DNA from: the human T2T-CHM13v2.0 reference genome, Homo sapiens
Reading direction: 5' to 3' (one strand)
Assembly: GCF_009914755.1 (NCBI RefSeq)
Contig: NC_060936.1
Length of the DNA: 64,000 nucleotides
Shown here: piece by piece, positions 37,792-57,146 of the stretch
How the letters are laid out: every line of letters begins with the position of its first letter
Position numbering within the stretch: position 1 is the first letter of the stretch
Made by a program: the position numbers and the translations under genes
Notes under the pieces: model-generated
The model's input: the letters and a program-made list of their open reading frames with translations, nothing else
What the model was told of the DNA's origin: nothing
The model's database searches: none

Positions 37792-39088
37792 TAGAGACAG
37801 GGTCTCACTATGTTGCCCAGGCAAATCTAGAAATCCTGGCCTCAAGCAATCCTCCTGCCTTGGCCTCCTAAAGTACAAGCACGAGCCACCATACCTGGCT
37901 GACAAATACAATTTTTTTTTTTTTTTTTTGAGACGGAGTCTCGCTCTGTCGCCCAGGCTGGAGTGCAGTGGCGCAAGCTCAGCTCACTGTAAGCTCCTCC
38001 TCCTGGGTTCATGCCATTCTCCTGCCTCAGCCTCCTGAGCAGCTGGGACTACAGGCGCCTGCCACCACGCCCAGCTAATTTTTTTTTGTATTTTTAGTAG
38101 AGACGGGGTTTCACCGTGTTAGTCAGGATGGTCTTGATCTCCTGACCTTGTGATCTGCCGGTCTCGGCCTCCCAAAGTGCTGGGATTACAGGCGTGAGCC
38201 ACCACGCCCAGCCGACAAATACAATATTTTTATATGTGTAGGCCAAAGCACTATAAAACAATGCTGGACATCTTCCGTCTGCCCCTCCACTCTCCCTCCT
38301 CTACTCCCTGATCTGTGGCCCAGGAAGCTGTCTTATGTGCTCAGGTCAGCAGCCTCCTTTCCTGGCCAGCTTCAGCTGGCGTTGTCCACTGGAGAGTCTC
38401 ATTAGGAGACTGGGGAGTGGGAGGAGAGTGCGATGGGAATCTTAATTCCCCAGATTGCTGCTGCGGGGTCACTGCGGGCTGGCTGCCTTCATCCTCCAAT
38501 CCAATGAGGATCTCCACCCTTCTCTCTGTCTCAGGTTCTGTCTCTTCAGTCCCTGGTCCTGGGATTACAGGCCTGAGCCACCAAGTAACAGCTCCCAGCT
38601 GTTGCTACCTCCAAGGTATTGCACCACCCCTTTTGGCTCCCCTACACTCTCTCACACCTCTGTACAGAGTCCCAGTGGTGTGCTGGAGCTGGCTTGTACC
38701 AAGTTGTGAGAGCCTCTTGTTTGCAACCCTACCCAACTCTGCAGTGAAAGAGTTGGAAAGTGCTGGAGGTTGGTAAACCATGGCAACTGGCAAGTGCTAC
38801 AAATCACAGCCCCCGCACTCCACTTTACTAGTTTACCAGCACACTACTAAAACAGTCTCCTTATTAAATTCTTTGCAAATAATCTCATTTTGAATATGCT
38901 TTCTTATTCCTGCCTGGACACTGACTAATGCAAGAACACAATTCCTTTTTTGGTGGGGAGTGCAGTGGTGTGATCATGGCTAACTGCAGCCTCGAACTCC
39001 TGGGCTGAAGTGATCCTCCTGCCTCAGCCTCAGGAGTAGCTAGGACTACTAGTGTATGCCACTACATTAGGCTAATTTTTTTGTTTAA

Positions 39089-39466
<378 letters not shown>

Positions 39467-40112
39467 TGATACGCCTGCCTCGGCCTCCTAAAGTGCTGAG
39501 GTTACAGATGTGAGCCACTGCGCCCGACCCCAAAATTCTTTTTGAAGAGTTTATAGTATAGGGATAATAATTGTAACTATTTATTGAATGTTTATTTCAG
39601 GTTTATTTCAAGGACTGTCTTAGGTACTTTATAAATAAATCCGATGCTTTAGGTTTTATTATCCCACTTACAGAAAAGGAAGCTGCAGAGGCCCGGAGAA
39701 GTTAAGTAACTTGCCCAAGTCGATGAACATCTTTTAGCTACTACATTAGCACAACCTGGTTTCCTTTTGATTTATTTATTTTTAAATATTTTTGTAGAGA
39801 TGGGGGTCTTGCTATGTTGTCAAGGCTCATCTCGAACTCCTGGGCTCAAGGGATCCTCTTACCTTGGCCTCCCAAAGTGCTGGGTTTATAGGCGTGAGCC
39901 ATCCCACCTGGCTAATTTCCAAATCCCTGCTTGGATAGCTCTTATATGTACCAGGCTCCATTCTAAGCATTTGTCCATTTAAATTTATTTAATCCTCATG
40001 AAATCCTGGAAGACTCTCTGACTTCAAAACTATCTTAAAAAAATGTTTTGGCCGGGCGCGGTGGCTCACGCCTGTAATCACAGCACTTTAGGAGGCCGAG
40101 GTGGGTGGATCA

Positions 40113-41035
<923 letters not shown>

Positions 41036-41913
41036 TCCCTGCTTAAAAAAGCAAATATCATAGAAGGATATACAATGATATACAGTGAACATAAGTTGTT
41101 GCCAGGCAAAACCCATCTTTTTATTCTCCCCAAAGGTAACACATAAACAATAGTCATACATGTGAATACTGTATCCAACTTTATTGGTTTTTTATTTTTA
41201 TTTTATTTGTATCCAACTTTAAGCCAAACTATGTGGCATAATCAGGAATGGCTTCCTGGAGGAGAGGGATTGGAGGTGCAGAGGGGAGAAAAGAGGCTGC
41301 TAAGTCTGTGGGTGAGGCCCAGGGGCAGAATAGGCTCTGTGTGTGTGTGAGTCAGCAGGCTGGGGCTGGATTGGATGGGGCAGGCTGGGGAACCAAGGGA
41401 AAGGAATTTGAAGACAGAATCAGAAATTGTGGGGACAAGTTCACATTTGCTATAGTAGGAATGTTGTGTGACTTCAGGCAAGTCACTGAATTTTTCTTTG
41501 TTTCTGTTTTTTCATTTGTAAAATGGGAGTAATCTCAATGGTACCTCCCTCCAGGATTTTTGTGAAAATTAAATGAATTAAGACGTGTAAAGTCCTTAGA
41601 ACACAGGCTAGCACACAGTAAGGGCTATGTTAATGTTAGTGATTGCCATGATGATCAATATTGTCATTACTATTACATTTGCTGTTATTGCTACCACTGA
41701 AGCATTTCATTCAGAACATCGTGGAACCAACACGGATGTCCAATTGTGGTATGAAGGACTGCTAGAGAAATTAGAACATTAGGGAAACCAAGTCTTATCA
41801 AGTTTACCTCCAAAATTTCTCTCAAATCCATCCACTTTTCTCCACCTCTTTGCTACTACCCTGGCCCAGTTTACTATTATTTCACCTACTGAAAGGCTAC
41901 AGTAGGCTTCTGA

Positions 41914-42210
<297 letters not shown>

Positions 42211-42475
42211 TAAAGCGATCCGCCAGCCTCAGTCTTCCAAAGTGCTGGGATTACAGGTGTGAGACACCACGCCTGGCCCCTCATCGTCTCTTTTCTACAC
42301 AGAACTAGTAATCTTGATTTTGAAAAACGTAAATGTCATCACATCAGGTGTCCATGCCAATTTACAATGAAACCCCTGGTCCTTACCATGGCCAACATGG
42401 ACTTTCTGTGTCTACTTCACCATCTTCATATCATACCTATCTCCTCACTCTCTAAGCACCAGCCATCGTCTGTGA

Positions 42476-42625
<150 letters not shown>

Positions 42626-43296
42626 TGAGTAGCTGGGACCACAGGCAAGCGCCACCTTACCTAGCTACTTTTTTTTAGTATTTTTGGTAGAAATGGGGTT
42701 TGCCATGTTACCCAGGCTGGTCTCAAGCTCCAGAGTTCAAACAATCCACCTGCCTCAGCCTCCCAAAGTGCTGGGATTACAGGTGTGAGCCATCATGCCC
42801 AGATTTTTTTCTTTTTTTAAACAGAGTCTTGCTGTTACCTAGGCTGGAGTGCAGTGGTGTGATCATAGCTCTCTGCAGCCTCAACCTGGGCTCAAATGAT
42901 CCTCCTGCCTCAGCCTCCTGAGTAGCTGGAACTACAGGCATGTATCACCATGCCCAGCTGAACCATGATTTGTCTGTTCCAAAATCAAAATTTTGGTGAA
43001 AGCATCTGAATGGCTGAGCTTGGGTCACAAGCTGTGCCCCGGGCATGAGGATAAGGGAAAGCAAGGATTTAACCTTCTCATCATCTGTAGAAGGAACAGA
43101 GCCCTGTTTTCACCAAGACAGACACTGCTCACAATTAGGAAGGGCATTCAGATGCTGAGCAGGAAACAACATGTGACTTGTTGAGGAGAGCATGCAAGTG
43201 CAGGCCAGAGCAGAATTGCTAGGGACAATAGAAAGGAGATTCAAGGTTGCTCCATAGGAGAACAACTTTATTCATTCATTCCACACAGAGTACTAG

Positions 43297-44058
43297 CGAG
43301 AGACAGGACTAGCTGGATTTCCTAGGCCAACTAAGAATTCCTGAGCCTAGCTGGGGAAGGTGACTGCACCCATCTTTAAACATGGGGCTTGTAACTCAGC
43401 TCACACCCGACCAATCAAGTAGTAAAGGGAGCTCACTAAAATACCAATTAGGCTAAAAGCAGGAGGTAAAGAAATAGTCAATCATCTATCGCCTGAGAGC
43501 ACAGCGGGAGGGACAATGATCAGGATATAAACCCAGGCATTGGAGCCAACAGTAGCAACCCCCTTTTGGTCCCCTCCCATTGTATGAGAGCTCTGTTTTC
43601 ACTCTATTAAATCTTGCAACTGCACACTCTTCTGGTCCGTGTTTTTTCCGGCTTGAGCTGAGCTTTTGCTTGCCATCCACCACTGCTGATCACCACCGTC
43701 GCAGACCCGTCACTGACTTCCACCCCTCCGGATCTGGCAGGGTGTCTGCTGCTCTTCTGATCCAGTGAGACACCCATTGCCACTCCTGACTGGGCTAGAG
43801 GCTCGCCATTGTTCCTGCATGGCTAAGTGCCCGGGTTCATCCTAATCGAGCTGAACACTAGTCGCTGGGTTCCACGGTTCTCTTCCATAACCCATGGCTT
43901 CTAATAGAGCTATAACACTAACCACATGGCCCAAGGTTCCATTCTTTGGAATCCATGAGGCCAAGAACCCCAGGTCAGAGAATAGAAGGCTTGCTGCCAT
44001 CTTGGGAGCGGCCCACCACCATCTTGGGAGCTCTAAGAACAAAGACCCGCTTGTAACA
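43297..44058 (+). mobile_element. HERV-W 5' LTR (LTR17)
   Basis: CCAAT boxes, TATA-like GATATAAA near 43524, ATTAAA poly(A) signal near 43606, ends TGTAACA before the PBS. Confidence 0.95.
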
Positions 44059-44060
44059 TT

Positions 44061-44078
44061 TGGTGGCCCATATGGGGA
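44061..44078 (+). promoter_or_regulatory. Primer binding site complementary to tRNA-Ile(AAU)
   Basis: TGGTGGCCCATATGGGGA versus the tRNA-Ile 3'-end complement TGGTGGCCCGTACGGGGA: 16/18, both mismatches are CpG transitions. Major splice donor GTG/GTGAGT follows at 44090/44091. Confidence 0.8.
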
Positions 44079-45186
44079 TTCTCCAAAGTGGTGAGTAATA
44101 CTGGGCCATTTTTGCTTGCTATTCTGTCCTATCCTTCCTTGGAATTGGAGGAAAATATAGGGCACCTATCGGCTGGTTAAAAATGATTAGCGTGGCCGCC
44201 GGAGTGAGGCTTTCTGGAAAAAGGCTTTCTAACAACCCCCAACCCTTCTGTGTTGGGAGCATTGGTCTGCCTGGAACCAGCTTCTGTTTTCACAATATTC
44301 CTGGGGGAAGCCGAGGGCCAACTAGAGGCAGAAAGCTGTCGTCCTGAACTCCTGGCATTGGCCAGTTGAGATCATGGTGCAGCCAGAAGTCTCTACTCAA
44401 CAGTCGTCCATGCGTGTGCCCCTACCTCTCCTTCTGACCCATACCTCCTGGGTCCTGACCATGACTTTCTTGAAAGTGTAGCCCCAAAATTCTCCTTACC
44501 TCTGTATCTACTTCCTCCTATCCCTGTCTCCTAGGTACTAATGCTTCAGGCTTTCACTTCCTTTCCCAAGTATTAGAGCAAGTTGTATCTCCAAAGGGAT
44601 CTAAGGAAGCTCTACACTGCATCCTTAGGCACCTAGGCTATGAATGCAGGGAATCTTGTCCCTGGTGTCTCTCCCAATTTAGGTATACAGCTCTCGACAT
44701 GGGCAGTTATGTGGGATCCATTCCCCACCACACTAGCCAGGGCCCCAAGTTCTATTATGAGCTGTGGACCAAGTTTGTAAATGGCTAGGAGGATTGATCT
44801 TCCACTGTGTAAGATGTTCTTCTCCCCCAATTTCTACCCAGTTTACCCACCCTGTAATACAATCTCCAAGCCTTGGCTCCTTGGCCAGGGCCTTAGAACT
44901 GATGACCCAGTACTTTAATAATTGGAACTGGGTCTATGACAACATAATAGATCAGGATGAAAACGAATTGAGTAAATTAAAGGGAGGCACATATTCCTAT
45001 AACGGCAAATGGGGGCAACGAGCGAACGTCCTTCCACTGTGTTCCCAAAATCCATCTACCAAGAGAGGAATTATCTCTTTCACAGCTTTGCCTAGTGATT
45101 CTATGTAAGTCAATACTACTGGAAGGACAACATAGTGCCCAGAAGTTTATTAACTGGACTTTAGCACATAAAAACCAGCAAGCCCA

Positions 45187-45490
45187 CGCCGGGCATGGTG
45201 GCTCACACCTGTAATCCCAGCACTTTGGGAGGCCGAGACGGGTGGATCACCTGAGATCAGGAGTTCGAGACCAGCCTGGCCAACATGGTGAAACCCCGCC
45301 TCTACTAAAAATACAAAAATTAGCCGGGTGTGGTGGTGGGCGCCTGTAATCCCAGCTACTCAGGAGGCTGAGGCAGAAGAATCACTTGAACCTGGGAGGC
45401 AGAGGTTGCAGTGAGCCAAGATCACGCCACTGCACTCCAGCCTGGGTGATGGAGCAAGACTCCATCTCAAAAAAAAAAAAAAAACAAAAA
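45187..45490 (+). mobile_element. AluS inserted in the HERV-W leader
   Basis: TSD AAA(A/C)CCAGCAAGCCCA at 45171-45186 and 45491-45506. Confidence 0.92.
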
Positions 45491-46109
45491 AAACCCAGCA
45501 AGCCCATCCTTTTCTCATTGCTCTCCTTCTCGTAGGAAAAAGGCACACAAGATAAACAGGATCCATCTCTCCTATTTCTTACCCAAAAGGACTTAATCTG
45601 GGGCAACAAGAGGTTTAAGATAGATAATTAGGGCATATTCCTGCAAAGGAAAAGAAGGATAAAGGCCCTAGTGGGGAAAAATTCTATCTCAATCCTGACT
45701 CAAAAAGTTACTTACACCCTCTCTGAAATGAATTTGCATAGGAACTGTTGCTTATGGGACCAACTGGGTTGCAACTGGGTTGCAGATGGGGCAACTGGGT
45801 TGTTATGAAATACTCAGGAAACCAGCCCAGCTCTAGAACTCACCCCTGAGCACAAAGGTGATGTTGGGCACACTGGTAAAGGACCACTAGAATCCAGCAG
45901 CCTGGACCCCTTTCTTTGTGGTCAAGAAAGGCAGGAAAACAGGTGCAGGACTGCTACATCGGTGAGCATAACTAATCCGATAAGCAGAGGTCCATGGCTG
46001 GTCACACACCCTGGAAAGGAATAAGCGTTAGGACCATAGAGGACACTCTAGGACTAATGCTCATCGGAAAATGACTAGGGGTGCTGGCATTCCTATGTTC
46101 TTTTTTCAG

Positions 46110-51366
<5,257 letters not shown>

Positions 51367-51393
51367 GGAAAGTAACTAGAATCGTAGATCCCC

Positions 51394-52230
51394 ATGGCCC
51401 TCCCTTCTCATATTTTTCTCTTTACTGTTCTCTTACCCCCTTTCACTCTCACTGCACCTTATCCATGCCACTGTACTGTCAGAAGCTCCCCTTACCAAGA
51501 GCTTCTATGAACAATGTAGCTTCCCAGAAATATTGACGCCCCATCGTATAGGATTTTTTTCTAAAGGAAACCCCACTTTCACCGCCCACACCCGTATGCC
51601 CCACAACTGCTATAACTCTGCTACTCTTTGCATGCATGCAAATACTCATTATTGGAGAGGGAAAATAATTAATCCTAGTTGTCCTGGAGGGTTTGGAGCC
51701 ACTGTCTGTTGGACTTACTTCACCCATACTGGTATGTCTGATGGGAGTGGAGTTCAAGATCAGGCAAGAGAAAAACACGTAAAGGAAGTAATCTCCCAGC
51801 TGACGCAGGTACATAGATAGCACCCCTATCCCCTACAAAGGACTAGACCTCTCAAAGCTACATGAAACCCTCCATACCCATACTCACCTGGTAAGCCTAT
51901 TTAATACCACCCTCATTGGGCTCCATGAAGCCTTGGCCCAAAACCCTACTAACTGTTGGATGTGCCTCCCCCTGCACTCAGGCCATATATTTCAATCCCT
52001 GTATCTTTAACCTCCTTGTTAAGTTTGTCTCTTCCAGAATCGAAGCTGTAAAACTACAAATGGTTCTTCAAATGGAGCCCCAGATGCAATCCGTGACTAA
52101 GATCTACCACAGACCCCTGGACCGGCCTCCTAGCCTATGCTCTGATGTTGATGACATCAAAGGCAACCATCCCAAGGAAATATCAACTGCACGACCCCTG
52201 CTACACCCCAATTCAGCATGAAGCAGTTAG
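51394..52230 (+). pseudogene. HERV-W env remnant (syncytin-1 paralog) with a stop at codon 39 and a large internal deletion
   Basis: MALPSHIFLFTVLLPPFTLTAP; SKGNPTFTAHTRMPHNCYNSATLCMHANTHYW; QDQAREKHVKEVISQLT; then jumps to PCIFNLLVKFVSSRIEAVKLQMVLQMEP. Confidence 0.94.
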
Positions 52231-52288
52231 AGTGGTCATCGGCCAACCTCCCCAACAGCACTTGGGTTTTCCTGTTGAGAGGGGGGAC

Positions 52289-53643
52289 TGAGAGATAGGA
52301 CTAGCTGGATTTCCTAGGCCGACTTAGAATTCTTAAGCCTAGCTGGGGATGGTGACTGCACCCACCTTTAAACACGGGGCTTGTAACTCAGCTCACACCC
52401 GACCAATCAGGTAGTAAAGAGAGCTCACTAAAATACCAATTAGGCTAAAGGCAGGAGGTAAAGAAATAGTCAATCATCTATCACCTGAGAGCATAGGGGG
52501 AGGGACAATGACCGGGATATAAGCCAGGCATTTGAGCCAGCAGTGGCAACCCCCTTTGGGTCCCCTCCCATTGTATGGGAGCTCTGTTTTCACTCTATTA
52601 AATCTTTTTTTAAATTTATTATTATTATTATACTTAAAGTTTTAGGGTACATGTGCACAATGTGCAGGTTAGTTACATATGTATACATGTGCCATGCTGG
52701 TGTGCTGCACCCATTAACTCGTCATTTAGCATTAGGTATATCTCCTAATGCTATCCCTCCCCCCTCCCCCAACCCCACAACAGTCCCCAGAGTGTGATGT
52801 TCCCCTTCCTGTGTCCATGTGTTCTCATTGTTCAATTCCCATCTATGAGTGAGAACATGCGGTGTTTGGTTTTTTGTCCTTGCGATAGTTTACTGAGAAT
52901 GATGATTTCCAATTTCATCCATGTCCCTACAAAGGACATGAACTCATCATTTTTTATGGCTGCATAGTATTCCATGGTGTATATGTGCCACATTTTCTTA
53001 ATCCAGTCTATCATTGTTGGACATTTGGGTTGGTTCCAAGTCTTTCCTATTGTGAATAGTGCCACAGTAAACATACGTGTGCATGTGTCTTTATAGCAGC
53101 ATGATTTATAGTCCTCTGGGTATATACCCAGTAATGGGATGGCTGGGTCAAATGGTATTTCTAGTTCTAGATCCCTGAGGAATCCACTCTATTAAATCTT
53201 GCAACTGCGCACTCTTCTGGTCCGTGTTTCTTCCGGCTCAAGCTGAGCTTTCGCTCACAGTCCACCACTGCTGATTGCCGCTGTTGCAGACCCGCCGCTG
53301 ACTTCTAGCCGTCCGGATCCGGCAGGGTGTCTGCTGTGCTTCTGATCCAGCGAGGCACCCACTGCTGCTCTGGATGGGGCTAGAGGCTCGCCATTGTTCC
53401 TGCGTGGCTAAGTGCCCGGGTTCGTCCTAATCGAGCTGAACACTAGTCGCGGGGGTCCACGGTTCTCTTCCGTGACCCATGGCTTCTAATAGAGCTATAA
53501 CACTCACCGCATGGCCCAAGGTTCCATTCCTTGGAATCCGTGAGGCTGAGAACCCCAGGTCAGAGAACAAAAGGCTTGCCGCCATCTTGGGAGTGGCCCG
53601 TCGCCATCTTGGGAGCTCTAAGAACAAAGACCTGCTGGTAACA
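52289..53643 (+). mobile_element. HERV-W 3' LTR (LTR17), interrupted by an L1; PPT GAGAGGGGGGAC at 52277-52288
   Basis: Colinear with the 5' LTR once 52607-53200 is removed. Confidence 0.95.
52607..53184 (-). mobile_element. 5'-truncated L1PA (L1PA3-like), ~580 bp: ORF2 C-terminus, 3'UTR and A tail
   Basis: ORF 52832..53074 KKMWHIYTMEYYAAIKNDEFMSFVGTWMKLE. 16-bp TSD CACTCTATTAAATCTT at 52591-52606 and 53185-53200. Lacks the L1HS-Ta ACA diagnostic. Confidence 0.93.
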
Positions 53644-55011
53644 CTAGTACTCAACCTCCCCTCTAAATAACCTGCAACAACTATGTAAAGACTGTGGGCT
53701 TACTAAAATATTTCTAAATATAATAATATAATGTCTGGGAATTACTTTAAAATAGTCTGCTGGGGGCCAGGCGTTGTGGCTCACACCTGTAATCCCAGCA
53801 CTTCGGGTGGCTGAGGTGGGTGGATCGCCTGAGGTCAGCAGTTTGAGACCAGCCTGACCAACACAGTGAAACCCCGCCTCTATTAAAAATACAAAAATTA
53901 GCCAGGTGTGGTGGCACATGCCTGTAATCCCAGCTACTCGGGAGGCTGAGGCAGGAGAACTGCTTGAGCCGGGGAGGCAGAGGTTGCACAAGCCAAGATT
54001 GCACCATTGCACTCCAGCCTGGGCGACAGAGCAAGACTCCGTCAAAACAAATAAATAAACAAACAAACAAAAACTATGGACTTGAAGGAGTGACAAAGTA
54101 TTAGCATGTCTGGAATGACCACAAGACTTACTTTTACCATGGATAAAAGAAGAAAGACCTATCTGGATGTGGTGACAAGCGCCTGTAGTCCCAGCTATTC
54201 AGGAGGTTGAGGAGGGGTTGGGGGATTGCTTGAGCCCAGGAGTGAGCTACGATCACCACTGCATTCCAGCCTGGGCAACAGAGTGAGACAAAAAAAAAAA
54301 AAAAAAAAAGAGAAAGAAAGATTAAGAAAGAAAAGAGAGAGAAGATTTGATGCCACCAACAGAGATCTGTTGATTTCTCCAACAGATTTGGAGAAAAAAA
54401 ATGAGCTCTAAGGGACAGCACTGGGGATCTCAGGGCTAGATGCAGGGGACCACCATGGTTAGGGGCAGGAGGAAGAGCTGTGGACAGATGACAGATGGTT
54501 CCTCCCTCTGTGAGGCACTAGGGCAGGGCATGTGGCAGAGAGAAGCAGTGATTCTGTGGAAGGAGAAGTCACTGCTTCCTGGAAAATCAGGCCACAGGGG
54601 CCTGAGAAACCACATTAGGAATAGAAAGACGACGGCAGGTACTTGAGTGTAGCTTGCCTGTGCTGTGGCCAATGGACTCTTTCTTCCTGTTGTTTTATTT
54701 TTATTTTTTTGAGATGGAGTCTCGCTCTGCTGCCCTGGCTGGAGTGCAGTGGCACGATCTTAGCTCACTGCAGCCTCCACCCCCCGGGTTCAACCGATTC
54801 TCCCTGCCTCAGCCTCCCAAGTAGCTGGGACTACAGGCATGTGCCACCATGCCTGCCTAATTTTTGTATTTTTAGTGGAGATGGGGTTTCACCATGTTGG
54901 CCAGGCTGATCTTGAACTCCTGGCCTCAAGTGGTCTGCCCGCCTCAGCCTCCCAAAGTGCTTGGATTACAGGAGTGAGCCACTGTGCCTAGCCTCCTTTT
55001 TTGTTTAAAAT

Positions 55012-55054
<43 letters not shown>

Positions 55055-55576
55055 TTTGAGACAGGGTCTTACTCTGTCTCCCAGGCTGGGGTGTGGTGGT
55101 GATCATGACTCTGCAGCTTCAAAGTCCTGGGTTCAAGCGATCCTCCTGCCTCAGCCTCCTGAGTAGCTGGGACTACAGGCACGTGCCACCACACCCAACT
55201 AATTTTTAGATTTTTTGTAGAGACAGGGTCTCGCTTTGTTGCCCAGGTTGGGCTCAAACTCCTGGGGTCAAGCGATCCTCCTGCTTCGGCTTCCCAAAGT
55301 GCTGGGATTACCGGCAGGAGCTACCGCGCCTGGCCAGGGGACTCTCATGAGCACCAACATTTCTCAGGAGTCTGAGCAGTCATCAGGCCACCTGCCTTAC
55401 CTGTCCTGTCCCAGGGCTAGATTACAAGGCCTGGCAATCTGAAATAGCTGCCCACCCACACACTTCTTCGTGACTTTCCACAGTTGCTGCTGCGGCTCTT
55501 CGTTTATTCTCTTCCATCTCCTCCTCCTTTTCCTCCTTCACTTTGACAGTCTTGGGGGGGTCATGACTAATTTTGA

Positions 55577-55858
<282 letters not shown>

Positions 55859-56993
55859 TAAGATGCTGGGATTCAGGCGTGAGCCACCATGCCTGGCTGC
55901 ATTGTTTTTTAATTTTTAAAAACTTTTCATAGGGACAGGGTCTCACTATGTTGCCCAGACTGGTCTGGAACTCCAGGGCTCAAGCAATCCTTCTGCCTTA
56001 GCCTCCCAAAGTGCTGGGATTACAAGCGTGAGCAACCGCACTCGGCCATCACGGCATCTTTAAGCACCAGAAATGTCATTTAGCACTCACGGTCTGTTCT
56101 GCACTGCCTTCTCCTTAGTTGCCAGACCCCATCCCCAAGGACACTGTATGAGAGATATGATCAGACTCCCCAAAACCCATCTTGGGAAACAAGAAACTTA
56201 GCAACTGGATTTTACCTGCATTGGGCACACTTGCTGAATTTCAATGTCTGCTTCTTTCTGAAGAGAGATTACCAGTAAATGCTAATGCTACATTTGTGTA
56301 GATTTTTCCATAACAGTTGCATTAACCTGGTTAATGCAACCTGTGCTTCTGTGCTTCAAGAATCTCATCCCTTAATGGTTGAGTTCTTCTTTTCTTTTTT
56401 AAGACAGGGTCTGGCTCTGTCACTCAGGCGGAAGTGCAGTGGTGCAGCGGTCTGATTTTTTCTCACTGCAACCACTTCTTGGGCTCAATCCATCCTCCTC
56501 ACCTCAGCCTCCTGAGTAGCTGGGACTACAGGCTCATGCTACCACACCCAGATAATTTTTGTATTTTTAGGAGAGACGGGGTTTCACCATTTTGCCCAGG
56601 CCGGTATCGAACTTGTGAGTTCAAGTGAGCTATCCGCCTCAACCTGCCAAACTGCTGGGATTACAGGCGTGAGCCACCACGCCAGGCCAATGGTTGAGTT
56701 CTTAATTTAAACAAATATTGGCCAGGTGCAGTGGCTCACGCCTGCAATCCCAGCATTTTGGGAGGCCGAGGTGGGCAGATCACTTGAGGTCAGGAGTTCA
56801 AGACCAGCCTGGCCAGCATGGCGAAACCCCGTCTCTATTAAAGATACAAAAATTAGCCAGACATGGTGGTGGGCGCCTGTAGCTTCCGCTACTTGGGAGG
56901 CTGAGGGAGGACAATTGCTTGAACCTTGGAGGCAGAGGATGCAGTGAGTCGAGTTTGAGCCACTGCACTCCAGCCTGGGCGACAGAGAGAGAC

Positions 56994-57146
56994 TAAGTAA
57001 GTAAGTTAGTAAATAAATATATATATATATTTTTATATATAAATAAATAAGTAAATAAATATATATATAAAATATATAAAGAAAAATATAAATATATATA
57101 AATATATATAAAATAAGTAAGTAAATAAATAGATAAATATATACTT
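56994..57146. repeat. AT-rich (TAAA/TA)n spacer between tail-to-tail Alus
   Basis: Lies between a plus-strand Alu at ~56720-56993 and a minus-strand Alu at ~57147-57429. Confidence 0.85.

Noticed and set aside
45582-45596. 15-nt microexon-like pattern on the minus strand (ccccag/ATTAAGTCCTTTTGG/gtaaga)
   Set aside because: No host transcript is evident and such short matches arise by chance.
51394-52230. Possible functional syncytin-like gene
   Set aside because: Stop at codon 39, further stops and frameshifts, and deletion of the fusion peptide and TM region.
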